From a virus (taxonomy: Duplodnaviria; Caudoviricetes), in IMG/VR virus record IMGVR_UViG_3300048574_000424, positions 1 through 49,133 of that record: a stretch of DNA of 49,133 nucleotides; one strand, 5' to 3'. Positions 35,889 through 45,186 of the stretch are shown here, piece after piece. Position 1 is the stretch's first letter, and each line of letters opens with the position of its first letter. The translations under genes and the position numbers were made by a program. Under the pieces are notes generated by a model that did no database searches, was not told the DNA's origin, and saw only the letters and a program-made list of their open reading frames with translations.

Positions 35889-35940
35889 AGTGTACGGCTT
35901 GGCCGTATGAGGCTGCAACAGAATATACGGCTACGCCGTA
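35889..35940 (-). promoter_or_regulatory. TA promoter (TTGCAG-N18-TACACT) with two TACGGC-N3-GCCGTA operators
   Basis: Palindromes at 35893-35907 and 35926-35940; -10 lies 7 nt from the ATG, suggesting a leaderless mRNA. Confidence 0.65.
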
Positions 35941-35981
35941 GGTGGCGTCGTTCCAATCCCCCCTTGTCGAGAGAATCTCCC

Positions 35982-36941
35982 ATGGCGAAAACTCGGGCCT
36001 ATGGCGCCGATTGCATCCTGCTGGCCGCCTTCGAGGCGAGCTACGGCGTGCTTCCGGCCGGCGGTTATGGACGGCTGTCGTTCAAGGAATCCACCCTCGG
36101 CGCCGAGCGCCCCTTGGGCTACGACCCGCTGCTGGGCCAGGGCCGCGACGCCCAGGACCCGTTCTATGAGGCGATCAAGGACGAGGGCGATATCGGCGTG
36201 CCGCTGGATATGCGGGCGCTGGGGTTCTGGCTGAAAGGTCTGTTCGGCACACCCGCCACCGCCGATAACGGTGACGGTACCTTCGACCATGTCTTCACCT
36301 CGGGCGGTACGCTGCCCAGCCTCGCCATCGAGATCGGCCACGCCCAACTGGCGGTCCCGAAGTTCTTCCGCCATGGCGGTGCCAAGCTGGACAAGCTGTC
36401 CTTCGATATGGCCCGCTCCGGCGCGGCCAACGCCACCATCTCGGTGATCGCCCAGGGCGAGACCGAAACCGCCGCCACTGTCGACGCCACCCCAGCGGCC
36501 TTTGCCCTGAAGCGGTTCAGCCAGGGTAGCGGCACCATCCGAGTCGGTGGCGGCCAGCTGGCCAATGTGGTGGGCGGCAAGCTGTCGTTTTCCAACAATC
36601 TGGAGCGGGTCGAGACCATCCGCGCCGACGGGTTGATCGATGGTGTCGACGAGACCGAAGCCACCGCCGAAGGCTCGGTGGACATCCGCTTCGGCACCGA
36701 CACCACCCTGACCTCGGCCATTGCCGCCGAAAGCCCGGTGGCGATGGAATACGGCTTCACCATCCCCGGCTCGGCCTTCGCCCTGACCTTCCATCTGCCC
36801 CGCGTCTTTCTGCCGAAAAAGAAGCAGGAGATCAAAGGCCCCGGCGGCATCCAGGCCAGCTACGACTGGCGGGCCGCCCGCGATCCGGTATCGGGCTATC
36901 TGCTGCGGGTCACCCTGGCCAACGACGTGGCGGGGTACTGA
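35982..36941 (+). CDS. Tail tube protein
   Basis: 319 aa, FE..YG, SNNLE, GPGGIQA; synteny; no sheath gene. Confidence 0.8.
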   Translation: MAKTRAYGADCILLAAFEASYGVLPAGGYGRLSFKESTLGAERPLGYDPLLGQGRDAQDPFYEAIKDEGDIGVPLDMRALGFWLKGLFGTPATADNGDGTFDHVFTSGGTLPSLAIEIGHAQLAVPKFFRHGGAKLDKLSFDMARSGAANATISVIAQGETETAATVDATPAAFALKRFSQGSGTIRVGGGQLANVVGGKLSFSNNLERVETIRADGLIDGVDETEATAEGSVDIRFGTDTTLTSAIAAESPVAMEYGFTIPGSAFALTFHLPRVFLPKKKQEIKGPGGIQASYDWRAARDPVSGYLLRVTLANDVAGY

Positions 36942-36943
36942 TT

Positions 36944-37459
36944 ATGATCAGGCTCACCATCCCCAAGGAACCCTACTGGCTTGATCTGCCCCACGGGGTG
37001 CGGGTGTTCGTGCGCCCGCTGACCACGGCGGTGTACGAGGCCGCCCGTGCCCGAGGCTGGCGCATGGCCCGTGCCATCGCCGCCGAGCATGCCGATCTCA
37101 AAGCCGCCGGAGCCGACATCACCGGCCTGCCGGACCTGTCCGATGAGGACGCCCTGGCCGGGCTGTCGCAGATGCTGTTCGCCCAAGGTCTGGCCCGCTC
37201 GGCCATTACCAAATGGGAGGGCGTGCTGGATGAGGCCGATCAACCGGCGGAGGTTACCGACACTGCCATCGCCGAGTTGATGCAGCTTCCCCGCATGGCC
37301 GAGTCCTTCGTCGTCCAGTACACCGAAACCCATGAAGCGGTCATCGCCGAGGGAAACGTCTCCAGGCCCGCGCCGAATGGCACTTCGGCGGCGGGCCTGA
37401 CTACTGCCGAGGCTGCGGGGGAAACTGCGACTGCCCCTATGACCGCAATGCCCCCCTGA
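36944..37459 (+). CDS. Tail assembly chaperone (gpG-like)
   Basis: Between tube and tape measure; contains slippery G GGA AAC at 37351-37357. Confidence 0.75.
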   Translation: MIRLTIPKEPYWLDLPHGVRVFVRPLTTAVYEAARARGWRMARAIAAEHADLKAAGADITGLPDLSDEDALAGLSQMLFAQGLARSAITKWEGVLDEADQPAEVTDTAIAELMQLPRMAESFVVQYTETHEAVIAEGNVSRPAPNGTSAAGLTTAEAAGETATAPMTAMPP

Positions 37460-37671
37460 CCGAAGCGGGCTGGCAGGCTTGGGAATTGCTGACCGGCAAC
37501 GTCGGCACCATCCGCCTTAGCCCCCGTGGCGGCATCACCGGCCTTGATCTTCCCGCCCTGCTGATCCAGGCCCAGGCGCTGGGCTACGACCAGCCTCTGC
37601 TGGCCCGCCTGCTGCCCTCCGCCGAGCGCGGCATGGTGACGGGGGCCGCGAAGTCGGTGTCAGAGCAATAG
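37354..37671 (+). CDS. gpT-like extension reached by -1 frameshift
   Basis: Open -1 frame KRLQARAEWHFGGGPDYCRGCGGNCDCPY...KSVSEQ*. Confidence 0.7.
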   Translation, partial: KRLQARAEWHFGGGPDYCRGCGGNCDCPYDRNAPLTEAGWQAWELLTGNVGTIRLSPRGGITGLDLPALLIQAQALGYDQPLLARLLPSAERGMVTGAAKSVSEQ

Positions 37672-37781
37672 CGAGGCTGCGCGCCTCGCGCTCCCGCCGG
37701 GAGGTCGCGGACCTCCCGGACCCACCAGAACACTGGATGTCCGAAGGCTGTGCCTTCGGTCGGGCATGGGCGGAAGCCCAT
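37671..37781. repeat. Four-hairpin palindromic element A (REP/MITE-like)
   Basis: Stems 37671-77/37683-89, 37697-706/37710-19, 37741-48/37752-59, 37766-71/37776-81. Confidence 0.6.
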
Positions 37782-37800
37782 TCGCGTCAGCGAGATTTCC

Positions 37801-40776
37801 ATGGCCACCAAATCCGTCTCCATCCGCCTGTCCCTGCAGGACGGCGAAACCGTGCGCCGTGCCCTGCTGCAATTGGGCGAGGACGGGCAGAAGGCCCTCC
37901 TGCGCATCGAGACGGCGGCCCAGCCCGCGTCGAAGTCGCTGCTGGCCATGAATGCCGCCAGCCAGGACATCCAGGGCGGCATGGCGGGGTTCGCCTCACG
38001 GCTTGGCCCCATCGGCTCGGTGATGATGGCGCTGGGACCGGCCGGGCTGGCGGCGGGCGCGGCCATCGGCCTGTTCGGCAAGGCCATGGTGGACTCCACC
38101 ATCAAGGTGGAAAGCCTGGAGGCCCGGCTGAAGGGATTGGTCGGCGCGGCGGCGCTGACCGAAACCACCAGCTATCTCTATGCCCAGGCCCAGAAGACCG
38201 GCACCGCGCTGGAAACGGTGGTCGGGGCCTATTCCCGGCTGGCGGCGTTGCAGAAGGCCGGGATCATCACCACCGGCGAGTCTCGCGCCCTGCTGGAGGG
38301 CTTTCAGTCCACCGCCATCGCATTGGGGGCGTCGTCCGAGCAGTTGGAGCAATCCCTGTTCGGTCTGGCCCAGGGGCTGTCGTCGGGGACGTTGCGGGCC
38401 GAGGAACTCAACCAGATCGTCGAGCCGATGCCGGGGCTGCTGCAGGCCCTGGACCGGGCCGCCGCTCTGCCCTCGGGCGGCTTCCGGCAGATGGTGACCC
38501 AAGGCAAGGTGACGGCGGATTTCTTCCGCGACACCCTGATCAAGGCGCTGAGGGGCTTCGACGAAGCGGCCAAGGAAAGCGCCGACACCGCCGAGCGGTC
38601 CTTCACCCGCATGGCCAATGCCTGGCAAGGATTCACCAACGCCCCCTGGCTACGCAAGGTTCTGTCGGGCGGCGCCAATGCCGGGGCGGCGACGCTGGAA
38701 TCGCTGACGCCGGGGGACTCCACGGTCAAGTCGCGGCTGGCCGATCTGGACCGTCGTATCGCCGCCCTGGGGGGCGAGCAGGCGCTCGACAAGCCGCTGC
38801 CCGCCGGCACCCATTCCGTGGTGGTGATGGCGGTCAGGGAGGAAAACGAGGAACTGCGCCGCCTGCTGGCCGAGCGCCAGGATGTCGCCGCCGATCTCGA
38901 CGAGATCACCCGCAAGCGGGCGGGCATGGAAGCCCATGCCAAGATGGAGCGCGACCGGGTCCGGGCCGAGCAGCGCGAGCCCAGCTATCTCGAAAAGCTG
39001 ACCGACCTCAAATTCGAGGTCGAATGGCAAGAGAAGCTGAACACGGCCCGCGCCGCTGGCAACGCCGAGTTCTCCCGCACCAAAGCCCAATACGAGGCCG
39101 CCAAGGGCTTTCGCCAGATCGAGAAGGAGCTGTTCCAGCAAGGCGGCGTCTATCGCACTCAGCCCAAGGAACAGGAGATCAAGGATCTGCTGGCCCGCGA
39201 GGCCGAAGCCAAGGGCAATGGCGAGATGTCGGCTCAGGCCCAGGCCGAGGTGCTGGGGCTGAACCTCCAGGCCCGTGGCCAGGAGCGTCTGGCCGAAGCC
39301 GCCCGTAGCGGTGGACAGGCCCAGATCGACGCGGCCAGAGCCGCCAAGGTGCTGGAATTTGCCTTCAAGAATAATGGCGCGGCGGTGGCCGACTATGACC
39401 GGGCGCTGCACCGCATCGATGCCGCCAAGCTGCTGGAGCAGAAGAACGGCCTGCTCCGCACCATGGATCAGGAAGCCGCCGCCAATGACCGGCTGGCCGA
39501 GGCCGCCAAAGGCTCGGTGGCCGACACCATTCTGGCGGAGCGCACCAACTGGTTGGCCGAACAGGCCTCCAAGGGGCTGAGTGATGCCAATGGAGAATTG
39601 GCGGCCTCCTACGCCCTGGCGCAGAAATCCCGCGCTAACAGCGAGGCCGCCCGTGCCGTCGCCGATCTGGAGCGCGAGATCGACGCCCAGGTTCGACTGG
39701 CCGAGGCGGTGCGCAGCAGTGATCGCAGCCGGGTTCGCACTGTCACCATCGACAACGACGTGGCCAAATTCGCCCGCAGCCACAAGCTCGCCGAGGACGA
39801 TCCCAAGGTCGGGGAGTACCGGGCGGCGCGGTCCCGCCAATATGCCGAAGCGGTCAAGGATGAGGCCCGCCAGACCACGCTGGCCTATGACGCCACGCAG
39901 CGTTTCGCCGAGGAACTGGCCAAGCTCAACGAGCAGCGGGCCAGCGGCGCCTTGTCGGAGGAAGCCTATACCCGCCGTTATCGGGAACTGGAACAGGACA
40001 AGCTGGCCGCCAGCCGGGAATGGCAGGACGGCGCCATCCGGGCGGTGCGGGCCTATGCCGACGAAGCGGCCAATGCCGCCACCTCGGCAGAGCGGGCCAT
40101 GTCGGGAGCCTTGCGGGCCAGCGAGGATGCCTTCGTCCAATGGGCCATGACCGGCAAACTGGCCGGGGAGGATCTGTTCAACAGCCTGGCCGAGGAGGCG
40201 CTGCGCGCCGCCTGGCGCATGTCGGTGGTAACGCCCATCTTCGGCGGGGCCGGCGGCGGCCTCTTCGGCAGCCTGATCAGCGGCCTCGGCGGCTGGCTCT
40301 CCGGTGGCAATTCCGGCGGCTCCGTGCCGGTCCCCAGCACCGGCAATTTCGCCATCGCCCATTCCGGCGGCCTGGTCGGTCTCGACCGGTTGGAGACCCG
40401 GTCGTTCGATCCGGCGGTGTTCATCGGCGCACCCCGCTTCCATCGGGGCGGTCTGGTTCCCGGCGAGGTGCCGATCATCGCCCAGAAGGGTGAGGAGGTG
40501 CTGACGCGTGCCGATCCCCGCCATCGCTTCAATCTGCGCTCCCGCGACGATGCGCCGGTGACGGTCAGCGTGCCGGTCTCGGTCAATATCCAGACGCCCC
40601 AGGGCACCCAGGCCCGCACCGCGCAGCGTCGCGATTCCGGTGGCGGCCTGACGCTCGACATCATCGTCGAGCAGATCACCGACGCCATGTCCGGCGACAT
40701 CGTCCGCGGCCAGGGCATCGCTCCGGTGCTGGAGCGGCAATACGGCCTCAATCGTGCCAACGGGGCCTACAGATAA
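37801..40776 (+). CDS. Tail tape measure protein
   Basis: 991 aa, Ala-rich helical; SGTLRAEELNQI tape-measure domain; C-terminal FHRGG...EVP.I...GEEVL. Confidence 0.9.
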   Translation: MATKSVSIRLSLQDGETVRRALLQLGEDGQKALLRIETAAQPASKSLLAMNAASQDIQGGMAGFASRLGPIGSVMMALGPAGLAAGAAIGLFGKAMVDSTIKVESLEARLKGLVGAAALTETTSYLYAQAQKTGTALETVVGAYSRLAALQKAGIITTGESRALLEGFQSTAIALGASSEQLEQSLFGLAQGLSSGTLRAEELNQIVEPMPGLLQALDRAAALPSGGFRQMVTQGKVTADFFRDTLIKALRGFDEAAKESADTAERSFTRMANAWQGFTNAPWLRKVLSGGANAGAATLESLTPGDSTVKSRLADLDRRIAALGGEQALDKPLPAGTHSVVVMAVREENEELRRLLAERQDVAADLDEITRKRAGMEAHAKMERDRVRAEQREPSYLEKLTDLKFEVEWQEKLNTARAAGNAEFSRTKAQYEAAKGFRQIEKELFQQGGVYRTQPKEQEIKDLLAREAEAKGNGEMSAQAQAEVLGLNLQARGQERLAEAARSGGQAQIDAARAAKVLEFAFKNNGAAVADYDRALHRIDAAKLLEQKNGLLRTMDQEAAANDRLAEAAKGSVADTILAERTNWLAEQASKGLSDANGELAASYALAQKSRANSEAARAVADLEREIDAQVRLAEAVRSSDRSRVRTVTIDNDVAKFARSHKLAEDDPKVGEYRAARSRQYAEAVKDEARQTTLAYDATQRFAEELAKLNEQRASGALSEEAYTRRYRELEQDKLAASREWQDGAIRAVRAYADEAANAATSAERAMSGALRASEDAFVQWAMTGKLAGEDLFNSLAEEALRAAWRMSVVTPIFGGAGGGLFGSLISGLGGWLSGGNSGGSVPVPSTGNFAIAHSGGLVGLDRLETRSFDPAVFIGAPRFHRGGLVPGEVPIIAQKGEEVLTRADPRHRFNLRSRDDAPVTVSVPVSVNIQTPQGTQARTAQRRDSGGGLTLDIIVEQITDAMSGDIVRGQGIAPVLERQYGLNRANGAYR

Positions 40777-40891
40777 TAGCTGTCCCTCAATCGCCGGGCG
40801 CCGCCTCCGGCGGCTTGGCTACGCTCCGCTGGGCGCCTTTCGCTTCGCTTTAGGCCCGCTCCGCGGGGCCTCAATGGCCCGGGATACTCGT

Positions 40892-41368
40892 ATGATCCGC
40901 TTTCCCGCCACCCTGCCCATGCCGCTGGCCGAGCCCTATGCGGTCAAGCCCGCCGACGGGGTGGTGCGCACCGACATGGAACAGGGCCCGGCCCGTCAGC
41001 GCCGCGAATTCACCCAGGTTCCCACCAAGATCCCGGTGAAATGGCGCTTTACCGATGCCGAGTATGCGGTATTCGACGCCTGGTACCAGTGGAAGGGCAA
41101 GGCCGGGGCCGAATGGTTCATCATCCCGCTGCGCAGCGGCCTGGGGGTGGTCGACCACGTGGCCCGCTTCACCAAGCAGTACGAGGCCCCGCTGCAAAAA
41201 GGTATCTACTGGCTGGTGTCCATGGAACTGGAGACTCGCGACCGGCCGGTCCTGACCGAGGCCGAGCTGGATATCCTGCTGGACACCTCCTGGGCCGACC
41301 TGTCGGCGGCCGTCAGCGGCCTTGACGCCCTCGCCAATGCCACGCTTCACGCCGCCATCGGAGCCTGA
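40892..41368 (+). CDS. Distal/minor tail protein (gpM-like)
   Basis: RTDME.GPARQRR.F, GAEWF; follows the tape measure. Confidence 0.7.
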   Translation: MIRFPATLPMPLAEPYAVKPADGVVRTDMEQGPARQRREFTQVPTKIPVKWRFTDAEYAVFDAWYQWKGKAGAEWFIIPLRSGLGVVDHVARFTKQYEAPLQKGIYWLVSMELETRDRPVLTEAELDILLDTSWADLSAAVSGLDALANATLHAAIGA

Positions 41369-41373
41369 CTCTC

Positions 41374-42744
41374 ATGACCATCAAGGACGACCTTCTGGCT
41401 GCCACCGCCAGGGCCGGGGCGGCGGCGCAGATCCTGCACGACGTGGCCAACGGCCCCGCCTCGGGCCCGGGGTCAATCGTCGTCACCGGGGCGGGCGCGG
41501 TGAAATCCCTGGCCAGGGCGGTGGGCGATCTGGAGGAGGCGGCGACGGGTTCCGCTGCTGCCGCTGCCGTCGCTGCCGCCCAGGTGGCGGTGGACAAGGC
41601 TGTCGTCGCGGCGGACAAGGCCGCCGTCGATGCCTTGGCCGCGACCGCCACGACGCAGGCGGGTATCGCCACTGCCCAAGCCGCCGCCGCATCCGCTTCG
41701 TCCGCCACCGCCGCCGGCCACGACGGCACCGCGGCGGCCAGCGCCGCCGCTGCCCATGCCGATCGGCTGTTATGCGATGCCGATGTCGCGTCGACGGCCG
41801 CCAATGCCGCGGTAGCGTCCGCTTCGGCGGCCATTGCGGCCGGGGACGCCGCTTCGGCTGCCGCGTCCGCCGAAGCGGCCATCGTGGCGAAGATCAATTG
41901 GCGGGGGACTTGGTCGGGCCTGGCGGAGTACGGCGTCGGTGACGCCGTGGCGCTGTCGGGGGCGTCCTACATCGCCATCGCGCCCAACACCAACCAACCG
42001 CCGCCCAACCCCACCTATTGGGACGTGCTGGCCGCCAAGGGGGCCAACGGTTCCGGCACCGGGGATATGCTGGGCGCCAATAACCTTGCCGACGTGGCGG
42101 ACCCGGCGGCGGCGAGGACCAATCTCGGCCTCGGAACCGCCGCGACGACGGCAGCGGCGGCTTACGCGACGGCCGCCCAGGGCGCCAAGGCGGATAGCGC
42201 CGCCCAGAAATCCGCCAATCTTTCGGATCTGACCAATACGGCCATGGCGAGGACCAATCTCGGCATTGCGACCGTGGGCAATACCGGAGCCTATGCCGAC
42301 CTGACGGGTAAGCCCACCCTCGGCACGGCCGCCGCCCTGAATGCCGATGCCGATGCGACGCTGGCGTCCAACAGCGATTCGGCGCTGCCCAGCCAGAAAG
42401 CGGTCAAAACCTACGTGGCGACGATTCCGCAGAACAGCAGGTCGGCGGCGTATACCACCGTCCTGGCCGATGCCGGGAAGCACATCTTTCATCCATCCGC
42501 CGATACCGCGGCGCGGACGATCACCATCGACGGCAACGCCAATGTGGCCTACCCGATCGGCACCGCCATCACCTTCGTCAATCAGCACGGCGCCGGGGTC
42601 GTCACCATCGCCATCGCCGGCGACACCCTGCGGCTGGCCGGTGCGGGCACGACGGGCTCTCGCACCCTGGCGGCCGACGGCATGGCGACGGCGCTCAAGA
42701 TCACCAGCACGGAATGGATCATCTCCGGCACGGGGCTGACCTGA
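41374..42744 (+). CDS. Tail fibre protein
   Basis: Ala-rich stalk, CBM-like WRGTW...Y..GD.V...YW, two NL.D....ARTNLG repeats. Confidence 0.75.
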   Translation: MTIKDDLLAATARAGAAAQILHDVANGPASGPGSIVVTGAGAVKSLARAVGDLEEAATGSAAAAAVAAAQVAVDKAVVAADKAAVDALAATATTQAGIATAQAAAASASSATAAGHDGTAAASAAAAHADRLLCDADVASTAANAAVASASAAIAAGDAASAAASAEAAIVAKINWRGTWSGLAEYGVGDAVALSGASYIAIAPNTNQPPPNPTYWDVLAAKGANGSGTGDMLGANNLADVADPAAARTNLGLGTAATTAAAAYATAAQGAKADSAAQKSANLSDLTNTAMARTNLGIATVGNTGAYADLTGKPTLGTAAALNADADATLASNSDSALPSQKAVKTYVATIPQNSRSAAYTTVLADAGKHIFHPSADTAARTITIDGNANVAYPIGTAITFVNQHGAGVVTIAIAGDTLRLAGAGTTGSRTLAADGMATALKITSTEWIISGTGLT

Positions 42745-43571
42745 TGAGCGCCGTGCATCAAATGCTGGCGGCGGTCGGCGGCAGAATTGCCCCCGTGGTG
42801 ACGGGTGGGACGGTGACGGAGGCGGGTGGTTACCGCATTCATACGTTCACCTCGTCCGGAGTTCTGGACGTCGTAAGTGGGTCCGTAGACGTTGAATATC
42901 TTGTCGTTGGCGGCGGTGGCGGCGCCTACTCATCCGGTAATGGGGAATATTTTGGCTGGGGCGGCGGCGGTGGCGGCGGTGGAGATTTTCGTACGGGCAG
43001 TGGAAATATTTCCCAGGGAACATATGCCGTCGTTATTGGCGCCGGGGGGAGCGGAAGTGCTTCTGGGTATGTCAGCTCGAGCAATGGCTCACAGAGTTCT
43101 TTTAACTCTCTAATATCCATCGGCGGGGGCGGAGTGGACGGGGAGGTCGATGGACGCGGTAAAAGTGGCGCGTCCGGAGGGGGCGGATGCGGCTGGGGAA
43201 CGGGTGACGTGCTTGCCGGTGGCGGGGCAACAGGGGCTAATGGGCACGTGGGTGGAAATGGATCCGGACCTTATTATGCGGGCGGCGGTGGCGGCGGCGC
43301 TGCGGCAGCCGGTGGCAATGGCGGCAGTTCGGGAGGGAATGGAGGTCATGGACTGCCAAATACCTATTCGGGGGTTCTAACTTATTATGCCGGCGGCGGT
43401 GGAGGTGGCGGCGGCTATGGCTCAGGCGCCGGTTCCGGCGGCGGCGGAAATAATGGGGGTAATGGAACCGTAAATAGTGGTGGCGGTGGCGGCAGTCCTG
43501 CGACAAACGGCTCCTATAGTGCCGGCGGACACGGCGGCTCCGGCATCGTCATTGTCCGCTACCAAATCTAG
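42744..43571 (+). CDS. Glycine-rich receptor-binding/adhesin-like protein
   Basis: Many GGGGG runs, HTFTSSG, EYLVVGGGG, terminal GGSGIVIVRY; A/T-rich third positions. Confidence 0.75.
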   Translation: MSAVHQMLAAVGGRIAPVVTGGTVTEAGGYRIHTFTSSGVLDVVSGSVDVEYLVVGGGGGAYSSGNGEYFGWGGGGGGGGDFRTGSGNISQGTYAVVIGAGGSGSASGYVSSSNGSQSSFNSLISIGGGGVDGEVDGRGKSGASGGGGCGWGTGDVLAGGGATGANGHVGGNGSGPYYAGGGGGGAAAAGGNGGSSGGNGGHGLPNTYSGVLTYYAGGGGGGGGYGSGAGSGGGGNNGGNGTVNSGGGGGSPATNGSYSAGGHGGSGIVIVRYQI

Positions 43572-43581
43572 GGAGAGAAGC

Positions 43582-43917
43582 ATGGCGCATTTTGCCGAAA
43601 TCGATGACGGCAGCCGCGTCCTGCGCGTGCTGGTCGTTCCGGACGATCAGCAGCACCGGGGCCAGGACTACCTGGCGCTCGACCTGGGCCTGGGCGGCAC
43701 CTGGCTCCAGACCAGCTACAACGCCAACATCCGTAAGAACTTCGCCGGGCCAGGCTACAGCTATGATCCGGTCCGCGATGCATTCGTCCCACCCGCTCCC
43801 TTCATGTCCTGGGTGCTGGACGAGGCCACATGCCGATGGAGCCCGCCACTCCCGTATCCGTCGGACGGCGAACGATACCGCTGGAAGGAGGAGGATGGCA
43901 GGTGGATACCGGCCTGA
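43582..43917 (+). CDS. Tail fibre-associated protein
   Basis: MAHFAE, QTSYN, RKNFAG.GY.YD..RDAF..P.P..SW; GGAG RBS. Confidence 0.75.
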   Translation: MAHFAEIDDGSRVLRVLVVPDDQQHRGQDYLALDLGLGGTWLQTSYNANIRKNFAGPGYSYDPVRDAFVPPAPFMSWVLDEATCRWSPPLPYPSDGERYRWKEEDGRWIPA

Positions 43918-43960
43918 TCCCGATTTGGGCATAGGCACCATCCTTCATCACGGATCACCC

Positions 43961-43982
43961 GGCCGCCGCGAGCGGTCTTTTT
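43961..43982 (+). terminator. Putative intrinsic terminator
   Basis: GGCCGC-cgcga-GCGGTC followed by TTTTT. Confidence 0.45.
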
Positions 43983-44006
43983 CGTGCCCGAAGGGAGTCT
44001 CGGCCA

Positions 44007-44633
44007 ATGCCCGATCCTGCCCTTGAGGAGGCAATCCGTGAGGCCTATGCCTCGTGCCCGTCCAACGCCATTCCGCTCCATACCATGGAACTGCGCCATC
44101 CTGCCTTCGTCGATGACAACGGCAATCCGACCGCCGTCCGGGTGGTGCGCAATTACGAGGACGAAGTCACCTGGCGTGAACGCGGCGGGGCCGAGGTGGC
44201 GGCGGTACTGGACGCCATGACGGAGGAGGCGCGCCGCCGGGTCGGGCTGGTGGCGCGGCTGGAGGCCGACGCTCCGGTCGATGCCGGCCGGATGGTCGCC
44301 TTCATCGCCCTGGCCTTCGATTTCCAATTGCCCGAGGTCAGTTCGGCGCCGGTGCCGGAACTCACCGTCACCATGGACAATGTGGGACGTGAGCTGATGG
44401 AACCCCTGGAGGCCGCCGCGACCTCCCTGGTCAGGATCGAGGTGACCTACCGGCCCTATCTCGACATCGACCTCGACGGCCCCCAGATGGACCCGCCCCT
44501 GACCATGACCCTGGTCCACGTCAACTGCACCGCCACCCAGATCACCGCCCGTGCCCAGATGTCCCAGGTCGGCAACAAGGCCTTTCCCTGGCGCACCTAC
44601 ACCCAACGCTGCTTTCCGGGGCTGGGCGGCTGA
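44007..44633 (+). CDS. DUF1833-like minor tail protein (gpL position)
   Basis: EAYAS.P, LHT.EL.HP, DNV, YR.YL, terminal FPGL. Confidence 0.75.
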   Translation: MPDPALEEAIREAYASCPSNAIPLHTMELRHPAFVDDNGNPTAVRVVRNYEDEVTWRERGGAEVAAVLDAMTEEARRRVGLVARLEADAPVDAGRMVAFIALAFDFQLPEVSSAPVPELTVTMDNVGRELMEPLEAAATSLVRIEVTYRPYLDIDLDGPQMDPPLTMTLVHVNCTATQITARAQMSQVGNKAFPWRTYTQRCFPGLGG

Positions 44634-44644
44634 AGCTGAATGTT

Positions 44645-44761
44645 TGCGGGCTTTGCCCGCACCTACCAAAGGGCCTCGGCCCTTTGGAATCCCATCCCTT
44701 AATGAATCCCAAGGGTTCCAAGCGCCTCGCGGCCCTTGGCGGGTGCAGGGCGGCGCCCTGC
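44645..44761. repeat. Four-hairpin palindromic element B
   Basis: Stems 44645-51/44655-61, 44666-74/44679-87, 44718-26/44731-39, 44745-51/44755-61. Confidence 0.65.
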
Positions 44762-44778
44762 GGCAACGGAGTCAATCC

Positions 44779-45186
44779 ATGTCCCACTGGGCCACGTCCT
44801 ATATCGGCCAGCCCTGGTCGAAGCACGGCCAGGGACCGGACGTCTGGACCTGCTGGAGCTTCTTCCATCATGTCCAGCAGGTCCATTTCGGGGTCGAGAC
44901 CCCGGCGGTGCCCTATGCCGACGATTTGCTGGTGCTGGCGCGGCTGTTCCGCGATCACGATGAGCGATCTCACTGGCACCCGGTGACCACCTATCGGGAG
45001 GGCGATGGGGTGATGATGCGGACCGCCCGCTATCCCATCCATGTGGGGGTGTGGCTGGAGGTGGATGGCGGCAGGGTGCTGCACTGTGCTCCCCCGTCGG
45101 GGGTGGTGTGCCAGCCCCTACGCGATCTGGCCGCCAATGGCTGGCGGGTCGACGGGGTCTACCGTCACCGGGGAACGGCATCATGA
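44779..45186 (+). CDS. NlpC/P60 tail-associated peptidase (gpK-like)
   Basis: YIG.PW...CW catalytic Cys, HVG, VLH; GGAG RBS. Confidence 0.8.
   Translation: MSHWATSYIGQPWSKHGQGPDVWTCWSFFHHVQQVHFGVETPAVPYADDLLVLARLFRDHDERSHWHPVTTYREGDGVMMRTARYPIHVGVWLEVDGGRVLHCAPPSGVVCQPLRDLAANGWRVDGVYRHRGTAS

Noticed and set aside
29681-40740. Long alternative ORFs 29681-31918 (-), 32147-33559 (-), 37737-39308 (+), 38650-40740 (-)
   Set aside because: Shadow frames of the portal, capsid and tape measure genes, expected at this GC content
41530-41880. Ala-rich low-complexity stretch as a DNA tandem repeat
   Set aside because: No exact nucleotide periodicity; it is a protein-level helical stalk of the tail fibre
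42744-43571. Diversity-generating retroelement acting on the adhesin
   Set aside because: No reverse transcriptase and no template/variable repeat pair found in the window
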